Source: Vicinamibacterales bacterium
GTDB lineage: Bacteria > Acidobacteriota > Vicinamibacteria > Vicinamibacterales > UBA823
Assembly (NCBI GenBank): GCA_965197385.1
Contig: CBDANA010000007.1
Span: 1,736-65,735, forward strand
DNA length: 64,000 bases
Direction of reading: 5' to 3'
Shown here: positions 43,349 to 54,699 of the stretch, in pieces
How the letters are laid out: the number at the start of each line of letters is the position of its first letter
Position numbering within the stretch: the first letter of the stretch is position 1
Notes under the pieces: generated by a model
Told to the model about the DNA's origin: nothing
The model's database searches: none
Seen by the model: only the letters and a program-made list of their open reading frames with translations
Position numbers and translations under genes: made by a program

Positions 43349-43954
43349 CTAGGCGGCGGCATGCAGCGAAAGCCCGCCCATGAATTCGCCCAGCTTCTCT
43401 CGCAGCATCAGTCGTTCGCGATGCAGCCGGGACTTCAGGGTCTCGGTTTTCACGCGCAGGACGGTACTGGCCTCCTGCGTCGACAGTCCCTGCACGTCGC
43501 GGAGCAATACTGGCGCCCGGTAGATCATCGGGAGATCGCCCAGCGTGACCACGAGCCGCTCGCGCAGCTGCGTGCGCATGTACTCACCATCGGCCAGCGC
43601 CGACCAGTCCGCCGGCTCGCTGAAGAAGGACCGGCCGGCCTCGTGCACCTCGATCGGCCGCGTGAACTTCGCATTGCGCAGCCGTGACATCGCGGTGTTG
43701 AACGTGATCCGGTAGATCCAGGAGGTCAGCGCCGCATCGCCCCGAAATGCGTCCACCTTCTTGAACACCTTCATCAGCACGTCCTGCGTCACCTCTTCCG
43801 CGTCTTCCCGGTTCTTCATGTACCGAAACGCGAGCTGATGAATCCTGCTGCCGTAGGCCGGCTCGAGGTCCGCCATGGCCGACGCGTCGCCCGCCTGCAA
43901 CTGCTCGATCAACGCGTGTTTTGCAGCTACGTCCCGCATTATTTCCTCCGTCAT
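43349..43954 (-). CDS. ECF sigma-70 factor
   Basis: DAEEVTQDV, SWIYRI, TLKSRLHR. Confidence 0.92.
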   Translation of the reverse strand: MTEEIMRDVAAKHALIEQLQAGDASAMADLEPAYGSRIHQLAFRYMKNREDAEEVTQDVLMKVFKKVDAFRGDAALTSWIYRITFNTAMSRLRNAKFTRPIEVHEAGRSFFSEPADWSALADGEYMRTQLRERLVVTLGDLPMIYRAPVLLRDVQGLSTQEASTVLRVKTETLKSRLHRERLMLREKLGEFMGGLSLHAAA

Positions 43955-44006
43955 CAGGCTTAGAACACCGAGGCAGAGGGAGTTATTCCCGGCGCTGGAC
44001 CGGCCG

Positions 44007-44735
44007 TCACATTGGGCTGGTTTTTGGAGAAACTGCCTCAGCCGGCGGTATGGCTCGCGGAGCGGGATGGCTCCGGCCGAACACGTCGGCGAACGCCGCG
44101 GCGACAACCGACTCAGCGTCGGCCATCGGCACGGGCCGTCCCAGCAGGGCCGCCAGCGACGTGACGCCGCGATCGGCGATGCCGCAGGGCACGATCAGCT
44201 CGAACCGCCCGAGGTCCGGTGCAACGTTGAATGCGAACCCGTGACTTGTGATCCAGCGCGAAATCCTCACGCCGATAGCGCCGAGCTTCTCGCGACCTGC
44301 CCAGACGCCGGTCAGGCCGTCCACCCGAGTGAGGGCCACGCCGAACGTCGCGGCGGCGCGAATCATCACCTCTTCCAAATCGCGGACGTAGCGCCGCACA
44401 TCACATCGGTCCGGTTTGAGATTCAGAATCGGATAGCCCACCAGCTGGCCCGGCCCATGATAGGTGACGCCGCCACCTCGGCCGGTGTCAACGACGTCGA
44501 TCCCCTTGGCGGCGAGCGCCGCCCGGTCGGCCACGACATGATCGCCTTGGTCGCGCGCGCTGGCGCCGCGCGTGATGACGTGCGGATGCTCGAGCAGCAG
44601 CAGGACGTCACCCACCCGACCCTGGCGGCGCGCTTCGACCAGCGACCGCTGCAGGTCGAGCGCGTCGCCGTAGGCGACGCTACCAAGACGGCGCACGTCG
44701 AGGGATCTCATGGTGTCGAGGAGACTGAAGGACAC
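44007..44735 (-). CDS. lipB: Lipoyl(octanoyl) transferase
   Basis: LLEHPHV, RGGGVTYHGPGQLVGYP, HGFAFN, IVPCG. Confidence 0.95.
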   Translation of the reverse strand: MSFSLLDTMRSLDVRRLGSVAYGDALDLQRSLVEARRQGRVGDVLLLLEHPHVITRGASARDQGDHVVADRAALAAKGIDVVDTGRGGGVTYHGPGQLVGYPILNLKPDRCDVRRYVRDLEEVMIRAAATFGVALTRVDGLTGVWAGREKLGAIGVRISRWITSHGFAFNVAPDLGRFELIVPCGIADRGVTSLAALLGRPVPMADAESVVAAAFADVFGRSHPAPRAIPPAEAVSPKTSPM

Positions 44736-44747
44736 AAGCTCAGGGCG

Positions 44748-46034
44748 TCACACTATGGAGGCTTCGAACTGCTGGAGGCCTCCCTTCACGTGGGCCATGA
44801 ACTGGTCGGCGACGACGCCATCGATCAGACGGTGATCGAAGCCCAGCGTGAGGTATGCGATCGGCCTGATGGCGATGGCGTCGTTCACCACAACCGGGCG
44901 CTTCTCCAGCGATCCAACGCCGAGAATGGCCGACTGCGGCTGGTTGATGATCGGCAGACCGAAGACGGCGCCGAACCCGCCCGGATTCGTGATGGTGAAC
45001 GTGCCGCCCTCGACTTCGGCCGGGTCGAGCCGCTTGGCGCGTGCACGACTGGCCAGATCGGCGATCGCCCGGCTCAGCCCCAGCAGGTTCTTCTCGTCGG
45101 CATTCCGGACCACCGGCACGATCAGGCCCGATTCGAGAGCCACCGCGATCCCCAGGTTGATGTCCCGCTTGTAGAGGATGCGATCCCCGTCGATCGACGC
45201 GTTGACGATGGGCATGGCGCGCAGCGCATCGATGACCACCTTCGCGATGAACGGCACGAGCGTGAGTTTCGCACCCGAGCGCTCGTAGCGTGACTTGTGC
45301 TCTTGCCGCAACTGCTGCACGCGGCTGAAGTCGACCTCGAAGATCGAGTGCACGTGCGCCGACGTCCGGCGGCTGGCGATCATATGCTCGGCGATTTTCT
45401 GCCGCATGACCGTCATCGGTACCGCCACCGTTGGTTGATCGCCGTCGAACGTCGGTGCGTCCTCGCCTGGCGACGACGCCAACGGCAGCGTGGCGACCGG
45501 TGCCGCCGCGGCCGGCGCCGGCACGGACGTCGAACCGCGTTCGATAAACGCGAGGATGTCCTTCTTGGTGACGCGACCGCTGAGGCCCGAGCCGACAACC
45601 TGCGATACGTCCACCCCGTGCTCGCGCGCCAGCCGCCGGACGAGCGGTGACGAGCGCACCGGCCGCTGCTCAGCCGCGGCCACCCGGGATGGGGCCTCGA
45701 CTGCCGCGGGAGGGGGACCCGCGGCAAGTCGGGACTCGCTCGGCGTCGCAGGCGCGGGAGCCGGCGGCGCCGGACTCTCCACCGACGCCGGTTCACCCGA
45801 GCCGCCGATCACCGCGACGACGCTGTTGATCGGCACTGTCTCGCCTTCCTTCGCCCTGATCTCGCTGAGGACGCCGGCTGCCGGTGACGGGATCGCGGCA
45901 TCGACCTTGTCTGTCGAGATCTCGAAGAGCAGCTCGTCACGATCGATCTCGTCACCAACCTTCTTGATCCAGCGGACGATGGTGCCCTCGGCGATCGACT
46001 CGCCCAGTTGGGGCATCACGACGTTAGTTGGCAT
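44748..46034 (-). CDS. 2-oxoacid dehydrogenase E2
   Basis: Lipoyl ISTDKV, subunit-binding SPLVRRLA, DHRLIDG. Confidence 0.95.
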   Translation of the reverse strand: MPTNVVMPQLGESIAEGTIVRWIKKVGDEIDRDELLFEISTDKVDAAIPSPAAGVLSEIRAKEGETVPINSVVAVIGGSGEPASVESPAPPAPAPATPSESRLAAGPPPAAVEAPSRVAAAEQRPVRSSPLVRRLAREHGVDVSQVVGSGLSGRVTKKDILAFIERGSTSVPAPAAAAPVATLPLASSPGEDAPTFDGDQPTVAVPMTVMRQKIAEHMIASRRTSAHVHSIFEVDFSRVQQLRQEHKSRYERSGAKLTLVPFIAKVVIDALRAMPIVNASIDGDRILYKRDINLGIAVALESGLIVPVVRNADEKNLLGLSRAIADLASRARAKRLDPAEVEGGTFTITNPGGFGAVFGLPIINQPQSAILGVGSLEKRPVVVNDAIAIRPIAYLTLGFDHRLIDGVVADQFMAHVKGGLQQFEASIV

Positions 46035-46103
46035 GCCTTGCCCTCGCACTTCAGGAACTGGCGATCTAGCAGATCGCCCACAGCCCTCCCTCAGCCTCAG
46101 CAG

Positions 46104-47081
46104 CTAGTATTCCACCAACTGCCGGACGGTGGCGACGATCTGCTCGACACTCGGGCGGAACGCCGCCTCGAGCACCGGACTGTATGGCGTGGGCGTGTCC
46201 TTCGACGCCAGCCGCACGGGCGGCGCGTCGAGATACTCGAAGCCAGACTCGGCGATCTCTGCCGCAATTTCGGCGCCGATGCCTCCGGTGCGCTGCGCTT
46301 CATGCAAGACAAGGACCTTGCTCGTCTTGGCGACCGATTCGAGGATCGTGTCTAAATCCAGGGGCGACAGCGTTCGCAGATCGATGATCTCCACCTCGAT
46401 GTCCTCCTCGGCGAGGCGCTCGGCCGCCTCCAGCGCCGCAAGCACCATGGCACCAAACGTCACGATCGTCGCCTCGTCGCCCTGACGCCGGACGGCAGCC
46501 CGTCCGATCGGCACGACGTATTCCTCGTCCGGCACGTCGTCCTTCACCCGGCGATATAGGTACTTGTGCTCCAAGAACAAGACCGGATCGTCGTCCCGGA
46601 TCGCCGCCTTGATTAGTCCTTTGGCGTCGTACGCGGTCGACGGCTCGACGATCTTCAGGCCCGGCGTGTGGAGAAAATAGGCTTCCGGATTCCCGGAGTG
46701 AAACGGTCCGCCGCTGACGCCGCCGCCGCACGGGCCGCGAACGACCATTGGCACGCCGGCGCCCCACCGGTACCGGCTCTTGGCGGCGAAGTTCGTCAGG
46801 ATGTTGAAGCAGCAGGCGACGAAGTCGATAAACTGTAATTCGGCGACCGGCCGCATCCCGAGGTACGCCGACCCGATCGCTGCGCCGATGATCGCCGTCT
46901 CCGAGATCGGCGTATCGATGACGCGGCTGGCGCCGAACCGATCGAGCAGCCCGTCGGTCACCTTGAACGCCCCGCCGTAGGCGCCGATGTCCTCGCCGAT
47001 GGCGTAGACGCGATCGTTCCGCGTCATCTCCTCGACGAGTCCTTGACGGATGGCCTCGAGGTAGGTCGTCTCAGCCATCAC
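46104..47081 (-). CDS. 2-oxoacid dehydrogenase E1 beta
   Basis: GEDIG, DTPISE, GGPFHS. Confidence 0.95.
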   Translation of the reverse strand: MMAETTYLEAIRQGLVEEMTRNDRVYAIGEDIGAYGGAFKVTDGLLDRFGASRVIDTPISETAIIGAAIGSAYLGMRPVAELQFIDFVACCFNILTNFAAKSRYRWGAGVPMVVRGPCGGGVSGGPFHSGNPEAYFLHTPGLKIVEPSTAYDAKGLIKAAIRDDDPVLFLEHKYLYRRVKDDVPDEEYVVPIGRAAVRRQGDEATIVTFGAMVLAALEAAERLAEEDIEVEIIDLRTLSPLDLDTILESVAKTSKVLVLHEAQRTGGIGAEIAAEIAESGFEYLDAPPVRLASKDTPTPYSPVLEAAFRPSVEQIVATVRQLVEY

Positions 47082-48178
47082 CGTCGCGCCTCGGCGGGCG
47101 CCCCGTGACGCGGGCCTCCGCGCTTCACGCCGAACGGAGACTGGACGATCTCGACGGTTGGCGTGAGAGTGCCGCCGGCAAAGACGCCGTCCCCCACGGT
47201 GGCGGCGTCGGGTGGCGGATCGGCCTCGGCACGCGCGGCTTCCTGCTCGGTGAACGCCCGGCTCATTGTCTCGATCTCGACAAGTTTGGTTTCGTTGGCA
47301 ACGTCATCCTCAATCAGTTGCGCACGATAGCGGGCGACCGGGTCTCGGGCCTCCCAGGCGTCCAGCAGCGGCTTCGACACGTAGCGCATGTCGTCGTGCT
47401 CGGCGTGCCCCCGCATCCGCATCGTGTCCACGCCGATGAGCGACGGCCCCTCCCCGCGCCGCGCCCGATCCACGGCCCGTTTCGACGCATCGTAGACGGC
47501 CAGCATGTCGTTACCGTCGACCATCTCGTGGGGCATCCCGTAGGCTTCGGCTCGCTGGTCGATGCGCGCGATCGCCATCTGCTGGCTCACCGGCGTCGAG
47601 TACGCATACTTGTTGTCCTCGGCGATGACCACGAGCGGCAGCTTGTGAACCGCTGCGAAGTTCATCCCTTCGTGAAAGGCCCCAGTGCTGGTACCGCCGT
47701 CGCCGATGTAGGTCATCGCAACGAGTGGCCGACCACGAAGTCTTGCGCCCAATCCGACGCCGGCCATGACGGGAATGAGGTCGCCGAGCATGCTGATCGG
47801 CCCAACGACGACCGGTTCGCCCTCACCTTGCGGGATGTGCGAGAAATGCAGATTGAGGTCCCGACCGCGGGTCGGCGACGAGCCCTTCGCCATGTACTGG
47901 GCGAATACGGCGCGCGGTCGCACGCCCTGCACCAGCACCGACCCGAGATTCCGAATGAGCGCGGCAACCGCGTCGTTCTCGGCCAGCGCGTACGCCGACG
48001 CCACCGATTCCCCCTCCTGGCCGAGGCTGCGATACAGACCACCGACAACCTTGTTCTGACGGTAGAGAACGGCCAGCCGCTCTTCAACGTCGCGCGTCAG
48101 TCGAACGTAATAGTACAGCTCGAGACGTTGATCGCAGCTCAGGTCGTCGGATGGGCGCGCCGTCGTCATCGGGGACAT
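47078..48178 (-). CDS. 2-oxoacid dehydrogenase E1 alpha
   Basis: GDGGTSTGAFHEGMN, RMRGHAEHD. Confidence 0.95.
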   Translation of the reverse strand: MSPMTTARPSDDLSCDQRLELYYYVRLTRDVEERLAVLYRQNKVVGGLYRSLGQEGESVASAYALAENDAVAALIRNLGSVLVQGVRPRAVFAQYMAKGSSPTRGRDLNLHFSHIPQGEGEPVVVGPISMLGDLIPVMAGVGLGARLRGRPLVAMTYIGDGGTSTGAFHEGMNFAAVHKLPLVVIAEDNKYAYSTPVSQQMAIARIDQRAEAYGMPHEMVDGNDMLAVYDASKRAVDRARRGEGPSLIGVDTMRMRGHAEHDDMRYVSKPLLDAWEARDPVARYRAQLIEDDVANETKLVEIETMSRAFTEQEAARAEADPPPDAATVGDGVFAGGTLTPTVEIVQSPFGVKRGGPRHGAPAEARR

Positions 48179-48261
48179 CCTGGAGAATTATAGCCAAGCC
48201 TTTCGCCGGCGTCGGAGCGAGACCTACAATACCGAATCCTCCACCATCGCGCACATCGATC

Positions 48262-49653
<1,392 letters not shown>

Positions 49654-49723
49654 CAATCCGTGGTGAAAGTCCCGCGTCGTACCGAGACCGTCGAGGCGCC
49701 CGCCGCGCCAGGCGTGAGGTGGA
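49654..49723. repeat. MITE left part
   Basis: CTAG then ~70 bp similar to 43191-43260. Confidence 0.8.
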
Positions 49724-49859
49724 CGCGCCACCACTCGGCATGAGCCCCGACCGGGGTGCCGTCAGCCGGACCCACCCCGTGCGCGCTCGGCCATCTCGGA
49801 TGCAACCGAGGCCGGCCGCGCATTCACGGCGCCGTGGTGATCCTTGCCGTTTCCAGGCG

Positions 49860-50159
49860 CTACTTCGACGGGAGGACGGCGTCTTTCAACTGCTTCGCGA
49901 TACGCGCCTTGACGACGGTCTTCGCGGGAATGTTGATCGGCTCGCCGGTCGCAGGATTTTGACCCAGACGGGCCTTCCGATTCTGCACCACCAACTTGCA
50001 CATTCCCGGCAGCACGAATTCGCCTGCGCGCTTCAACTCCTTCTCGGCCAGCATGTTCAACTCGTCGAAGATCTCGCGAGCCTGCGTCCGCTTGATCTCG
50101 AAACGCTCCGCGAAGTGCGAGAAGAGCTCGGACTTGCCCATCCTTCGGGCGTCGGCCAT
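49860..50159 (-). CDS. HU-family DNA-binding protein
   Basis: RKARLGQNPATGEPINIPAK. Confidence 0.93.
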   Translation of the reverse strand: MADARRMGKSELFSHFAERFEIKRTQAREIFDELNMLAEKELKRAGEFVLPGMCKLVVQNRKARLGQNPATGEPINIPAKTVVKARIAKQLKDAVLPSK

Positions 50160-50337
50160 CGGCGTCCCCCTGACTTGAGCGCACAAAGCCTATCCGGTCA
50201 ACCGTCGCGCGCGCGGACGACGATCGCGGTTTCAGCCAAAAACCGCCGTATGCTAGCTTGCGCCTGTGCCGCTGTCAATGACGGCGTGATCCGGACACCG
50301 CAAGCGTCGTGCCACGACGGTGCTAGAATCGTGCGGT

Positions 50338-50709
50338 ATGGCCGGCGCTGCAATTGAAACCTTTCCCAACCCTCGCCCTAAGCGCAGTTACGAGATCTCG
50401 ATCCGCTGCCCGGAGTTCACGTCGATCTGCCCGAAGACTAGCCTGCCAGATTTCGGCGAAATCCGGATCACGTACGTGCCCGACCAGTACTGCATCGAGC
50501 TCAAGGCGCTGAAATACTACCTCATCGAATACAGAAACCGCGGGATTTTTTACGAAGCCGCGACCAACCAGATTCTCGACGACCTGGTCGCCGCCTGCCA
50601 CCCGAGGCGGATGACAATCGTCGGCGACTTCTCCGTGCGAGGCGGCATCACGACGTCGGTCACCGCAAGCTACGACGCCGACCGCGCGCCGTCGAACGGG
50701 TCCGCGTGA
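50338..50709 (+). CDS. queF: preQ0 (7-cyano-7-deazaguanine) reductase, type I
   Basis: [25 protein letters not shown]. Confidence 0.95.
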   Translation: MAGAAIETFPNPRPKRSYEISIRCPEFTSICPKTSLPDFGEIRITYVPDQYCIELKALKYYLIEYRNRGIFYEAATNQILDDLVAACHPRRMTIVGDFSVRGGITTSVTASYDADRAPSNGSA

Positions 50710-51017
50710 CCACGAACGACGACGGACCGCACGCTGCACCGGATGGCGTGGTCCCGTCGCTGCACCGCGTGCCAATCGAGGGCACCCTCGACCTCCATGC
50801 CTTCGCGCCGAAGGACATCCGCTCCGTCGTGGAGGAGTACATCCGCGCCGCGCACGCCGTCGGACTTCGGGAGATTCGTCTGATCCACGGCCGTGGGACC
50901 GGCACCCAGCGCGGAATCGTGCAGCAGGTGCTGGAACGCCACACGCTGGTCGCCTCGTTCGCCGATGCACCCGACAGTCGCCTGGGCGCGACCCTCGCGA
51001 CGCTTCGTTTTCCCTGA
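50706..51017 (+). CDS. Stand-alone Smr-domain protein
   Basis: LDLH, IHGRGTG. Confidence 0.9.
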   Translation: MTTNDDGPHAAPDGVVPSLHRVPIEGTLDLHAFAPKDIRSVVEEYIRAAHAVGLREIRLIHGRGTGTQRGIVQQVLERHTLVASFADAPDSRLGATLATLRFP

Positions 51018-51040
51018 CAGCTGACTTCGATCCGGCCGAA

Positions 51041-51500
51041 TTACAGCAGTCCGGGCACCAGACGCCACCGGACGCTGGCCCAATAGCGCGCGTAGGCCGG
51101 ATCCTGTAGCAACATCTGTTCCTCGAGCCCCGCTCAGACGTACAGCGCGCTGTCAGCCACCGCCAGGTTCCAGATGGACGGATGGGCGAGCAGAAAAGCG
51201 AAATGAGTGACGAAGTAGCCAAGATAGATCGGATGCCGCACGAAGCGGTACATCCCGGTGCTGACGATGCCGCGATTGGCCGGCAGCAGACCGAAGCTGC
51301 GTCCCAGTGATATCTTGCCGGCCACGATGACCGCCAGCCCGAGGCCGGACGCGGTGGCCGCGACCACCTCGGGCGCCATGCCCGCGAGACCGGTCGGCTG
51401 CAGGCACATGGGCCAGAGGATCGACGCGGTGGCGATCGCTCGCGTCCAGAGTCCGCGGTCCACCCACATCGCCCGCCGCCTGAACCGGGTCCGAGCCCAC
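51041..51500 (-). pseudogene. Isoprenylcysteine carboxyl methyltransferase-family fragment
   Basis: LGRSFGLLPANRG, YRFVRHPIY; 5' end lost at the MITE remnant. Confidence 0.75.
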
Positions 51501-51511
51501 TTCACCGATGG

Positions 51512-51550
51512 CAGCCCGTGGTGAAAGTCCCGCGTCGCATCACCACGGGC
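51512..51550. repeat. Internally collapsed MITE
   Basis: Left TIR fused directly to tcaccacgggc (part of the right TIR). Confidence 0.75.
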
Positions 51551-51954
51551 CGCTGGCCTCCTCCCGCGCAAGGTCGATCCTGCCACTGGCCGCCTGGGCG
51601 CATCGAGCCGACTGCCGGACGTTGACCGCCGACCCGGCGGTCCCAACCGACGATCTGGACGAAGCCGACGGTCTGCTCCGCGGCTTGCTCTTGCCAGAGC
51701 ACGTGGCGCACATCAGCTACCCGGCCGGATGCCGGATTCAGCGGGTCCCCATCGCCGGCGGGCGGCGACGCCGCATCGACGAACACGACAGCGACGCGCC
51801 GGTCGTCATCCTTTCCAAGCGTGCGCTCCGAGACACTCGCAAACAATCGCTGACCCCCTGACCCCGCTCGCCGGCCCTCCGCGACGCCACCCCCGCTCTG
51901 CTATCATGGCGGCGCCTGGGCACAGGGCGCTGCTCTACGGGCCGCGCCGGCTGA

Positions 51955-54576
51955 ATGAGAATCAACCTGACCACGATGATGCTGCCGAGCGTCCGGCATC
52001 TGCGCGCCGGTCTAGCGTTTCTCGGCCTGGCGGTCTGTCTCGCGATCCTTGGCGCCTCGCCAGTAGCGGCTCAGCCCTCGCCCGAACGATTCTTCGGGTT
52101 CAAGCTGGGCACGCCCGGGCGGCTCGCCGACTGGCCAGAGCTCGTCGCCTACATCAGGACCGTTGCCGACGCCTCGGACCGCGTGGTCATCGCCGACGCC
52201 GGCGAGACGACGGACGGCAACCGACTCGTGGCCGCCTTCGTCAGCGCACCAGGCAACCTCTCTCGGCTCGACCAGATTCAGGCCGCCAACCAGCGGCTCG
52301 CCGATCCGCGGACCCTGGACGCGAACGAAGCGGATGCGCTGGCCGCGTCGCATCCGACCATCGTCGCCATCGGATGCAGCATTCACTCCACGGAGATCGG
52401 CGCCAGCCAGGCGGCCGCCGAGCTGCTGTACGACCTGGCGACGGGCGACGACCCGGCGACGCTCGGCATGCTGGAGCACGTCGTCCTCATCCTGTTCCCG
52501 TCGCTCAACCCCGATGGCCACCAACTCGTCGTGCAGTGGCATGACGAGAATCGCGGCACCGCCTTCGAAGCCGCGCCAATGCCGTGGCTGTACCACCGCT
52601 ACGTCGGACACGACATCAATCGCGACGCGTTCATGCTCAACATGGCGGAGAGTCGGTCCCTCGCCAGTTTCTTCTACCAGCGCTGGCATCCGCACGTCTT
52701 CCTGACGATGCACCAGATGGGCACGACCGGCCCGCGCTTCTTCGTCCCGCCGAACTACGCGCCGATCGACCCGAACTACGACCCGCTCATCTGGCGTGAA
52801 GCGGGTCTGCTGGGTCAGGCGATGGCGTTGGCACTGGAGCGAGAGAGGCGCGCCGGCGTCATTTCCAACGCGATGTACGACTACTACTGGCCCGGCTACG
52901 AAGATTCGGCGCCGCTCGGACACAACACGGTCTGCTTGCTGACCGAGGCAGCGAGCGCGCGGCTCTCCTATCCCATCACGGTGTCGCCCGCAGAGCTCAC
53001 CGGCACGCCGCGCGGTCTGCCCCGCTACGGACCGCAGACGAATTTCCCCAATCCGTGGCCCGGCGGCGTCTGGACGCTGCGCGATATCATCCAGTACGAC
53101 CTCGACGCCGCCCGCGGTCTGCTGACCGCGGCGGCCCGGTACCGCCAAGAACTCGTCGAGAACTTCTACACTATGGGTCGCCGGGCGGTGGATCGCGGTC
53201 GAGCCGGTAGACCGTTCGCGTTCGTGCTGCCACGGCGCCAGTTCGACCCCGCGTCGGCCCAGCAGCTCACGAACGTCCTGATCGATGGTGGCGTCGAAGT
53301 GCAGCGGGTGCGCACGGCGTTCGTCGCGGGCGGCGTCGAGTACGCGGCCGGCACCGATCTGGTACTCATGGCGCAACCGTTCCGCGCCTACGCAAAGACG
53401 CTGCTCGAGCGTCAGGTCTATCCAATCCGCCGGCTGGCGCCCGGCGCACCGCCGGAGCGGCCGTACGACGTCACCGGCTGGACGCTCCCGTTGCAGATGG
53501 GTGTAGCGGTCGACACGATCGATGCGCCATTCGACCCGCCCGAGCTCGTGCAGCTAATGCGAGCCGAGCTGACTGCCGGGACGCTGCGTGACCTCGACGG
53601 CGCCGAGCGTTTCGTCATCGAGGGGAGCAGCAACCGCGGCGCCCTCGCCGTCAACCGGCTGCGTGCCGCCGGGTTCTCGCCATCCTGGCCGCTTGCCAGC
53701 GACACCAGCGACGGACCTACCGTGGTGGCCGGCTCGATCGTCGTGCCGGCGACCGCAGAAGTACGACCGGTCGTCGAGCGGCTGGCGAGCGACTTGGGCC
53801 TCGACGTGCGCGGAGAGACCGACCCGCTCCGCGTGCCGTCGCTCGCGGTCGGCGGCGGACGGATCGGGCTCTACCAGCCGTGGGTCAGCAACATCGACGA
53901 GGGCTGGACCCGCTGGCTACTTGAGCAGTACGAGTTCCCGTACGAGTCGTTGCGCAACGCCGACGTGCAGGCGGGCGAATTGCGGAAGCGCGTCGACGTC
54001 ATCGTGCTGCCCGACGGACGGCCAAGCGATTTCATGGACGGCCACGCGGCCGGCCGCGTCCCGCCCCGCTTCGCCGGCGGTCTGGGTAAAACTGGTGTCG
54101 CGGCGCTTCGGGCATTCGTCGAGCGCGGAGGCACGCTGGTGGCACTCAACTCGTCCAGCGATTTCGCCATCGCCGCGCTGGATCTGCCGGTGACCAACGT
54201 CCTGGACGGACTGTCGGCCGAACAGTTCTATTGCCCTGGATCACTCCTCGCGCTGGACGTGGACACTACCCACCCGCTCGCCTTCGGCATGCCGGCCCGA
54301 ACCGCCGCGTTCTTCGCGTCGGGCGCCGCGTTCCATGTCCCAGCGGAGGCGGCCGGCGCCGGCGTTCGCGTGCCGGCCCGCTATGGCGAGGGAGACCCGC
54401 TGCTCAGTGGCTGGCTCGAAGGGGGCGAGCGCCTGGCGGGCGAAGCCGCCATCGTCGACATCCCGGTGGACAAGGGGCGCGTGGTCCTCATTGGCTTCCG
54501 CGCGCAGCACCGCGGCCAGTCGCACGCCACGTTTCGTCTGTTGTTCAACGCGCTGCTCACCACGGCAGTTGATTAA
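51955..54576 (+). CDS. M14 zinc carboxypeptidase with C-terminal GATase-like domain
   Basis: IHSTE, NPDG, DINRD, HQMG; signal peptide. Confidence 0.9.
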   Translation: MRINLTTMMLPSVRHLRAGLAFLGLAVCLAILGASPVAAQPSPERFFGFKLGTPGRLADWPELVAYIRTVADASDRVVIADAGETTDGNRLVAAFVSAPGNLSRLDQIQAANQRLADPRTLDANEADALAASHPTIVAIGCSIHSTEIGASQAAAELLYDLATGDDPATLGMLEHVVLILFPSLNPDGHQLVVQWHDENRGTAFEAAPMPWLYHRYVGHDINRDAFMLNMAESRSLASFFYQRWHPHVFLTMHQMGTTGPRFFVPPNYAPIDPNYDPLIWREAGLLGQAMALALERERRAGVISNAMYDYYWPGYEDSAPLGHNTVCLLTEAASARLSYPITVSPAELTGTPRGLPRYGPQTNFPNPWPGGVWTLRDIIQYDLDAARGLLTAAARYRQELVENFYTMGRRAVDRGRAGRPFAFVLPRRQFDPASAQQLTNVLIDGGVEVQRVRTAFVAGGVEYAAGTDLVLMAQPFRAYAKTLLERQVYPIRRLAPGAPPERPYDVTGWTLPLQMGVAVDTIDAPFDPPELVQLMRAELTAGTLRDLDGAERFVIEGSSNRGALAVNRLRAAGFSPSWPLASDTSDGPTVVAGSIVVPATAEVRPVVERLASDLGLDVRGETDPLRVPSLAVGGGRIGLYQPWVSNIDEGWTRWLLEQYEFPYESLRNADVQAGELRKRVDVIVLPDGRPSDFMDGHAAGRVPPRFAGGLGKTGVAALRAFVERGGTLVALNSSSDFAIAALDLPVTNVLDGLSAEQFYCPGSLLALDVDTTHPLAFGMPARTAAFFASGAAFHVPAEAAGAGVRVPARYGEGDPLLSGWLEGGERLAGEAAIVDIPVDKGRVVLIGFRAQHRGQSHATFRLLFNALLTTAVD

Positions 54577-54699
54577 CGGTTCGGTAGTGTCGCAGTCTTC
54601 GGAGTGAGACACTACCGACGGGTCGTCCGGGCCGCCGCCACCGTCGTGTATGCTACCAGCTTGTGGTGCGCTTGGCGTTTTCTTGGAATCTAGGGTTTC

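Noticed and set aside
43277-43687. ORF containing MQRDFHHGLL
   Set aside because: Translation of the MITE end plus the antisense of the sigma gene.
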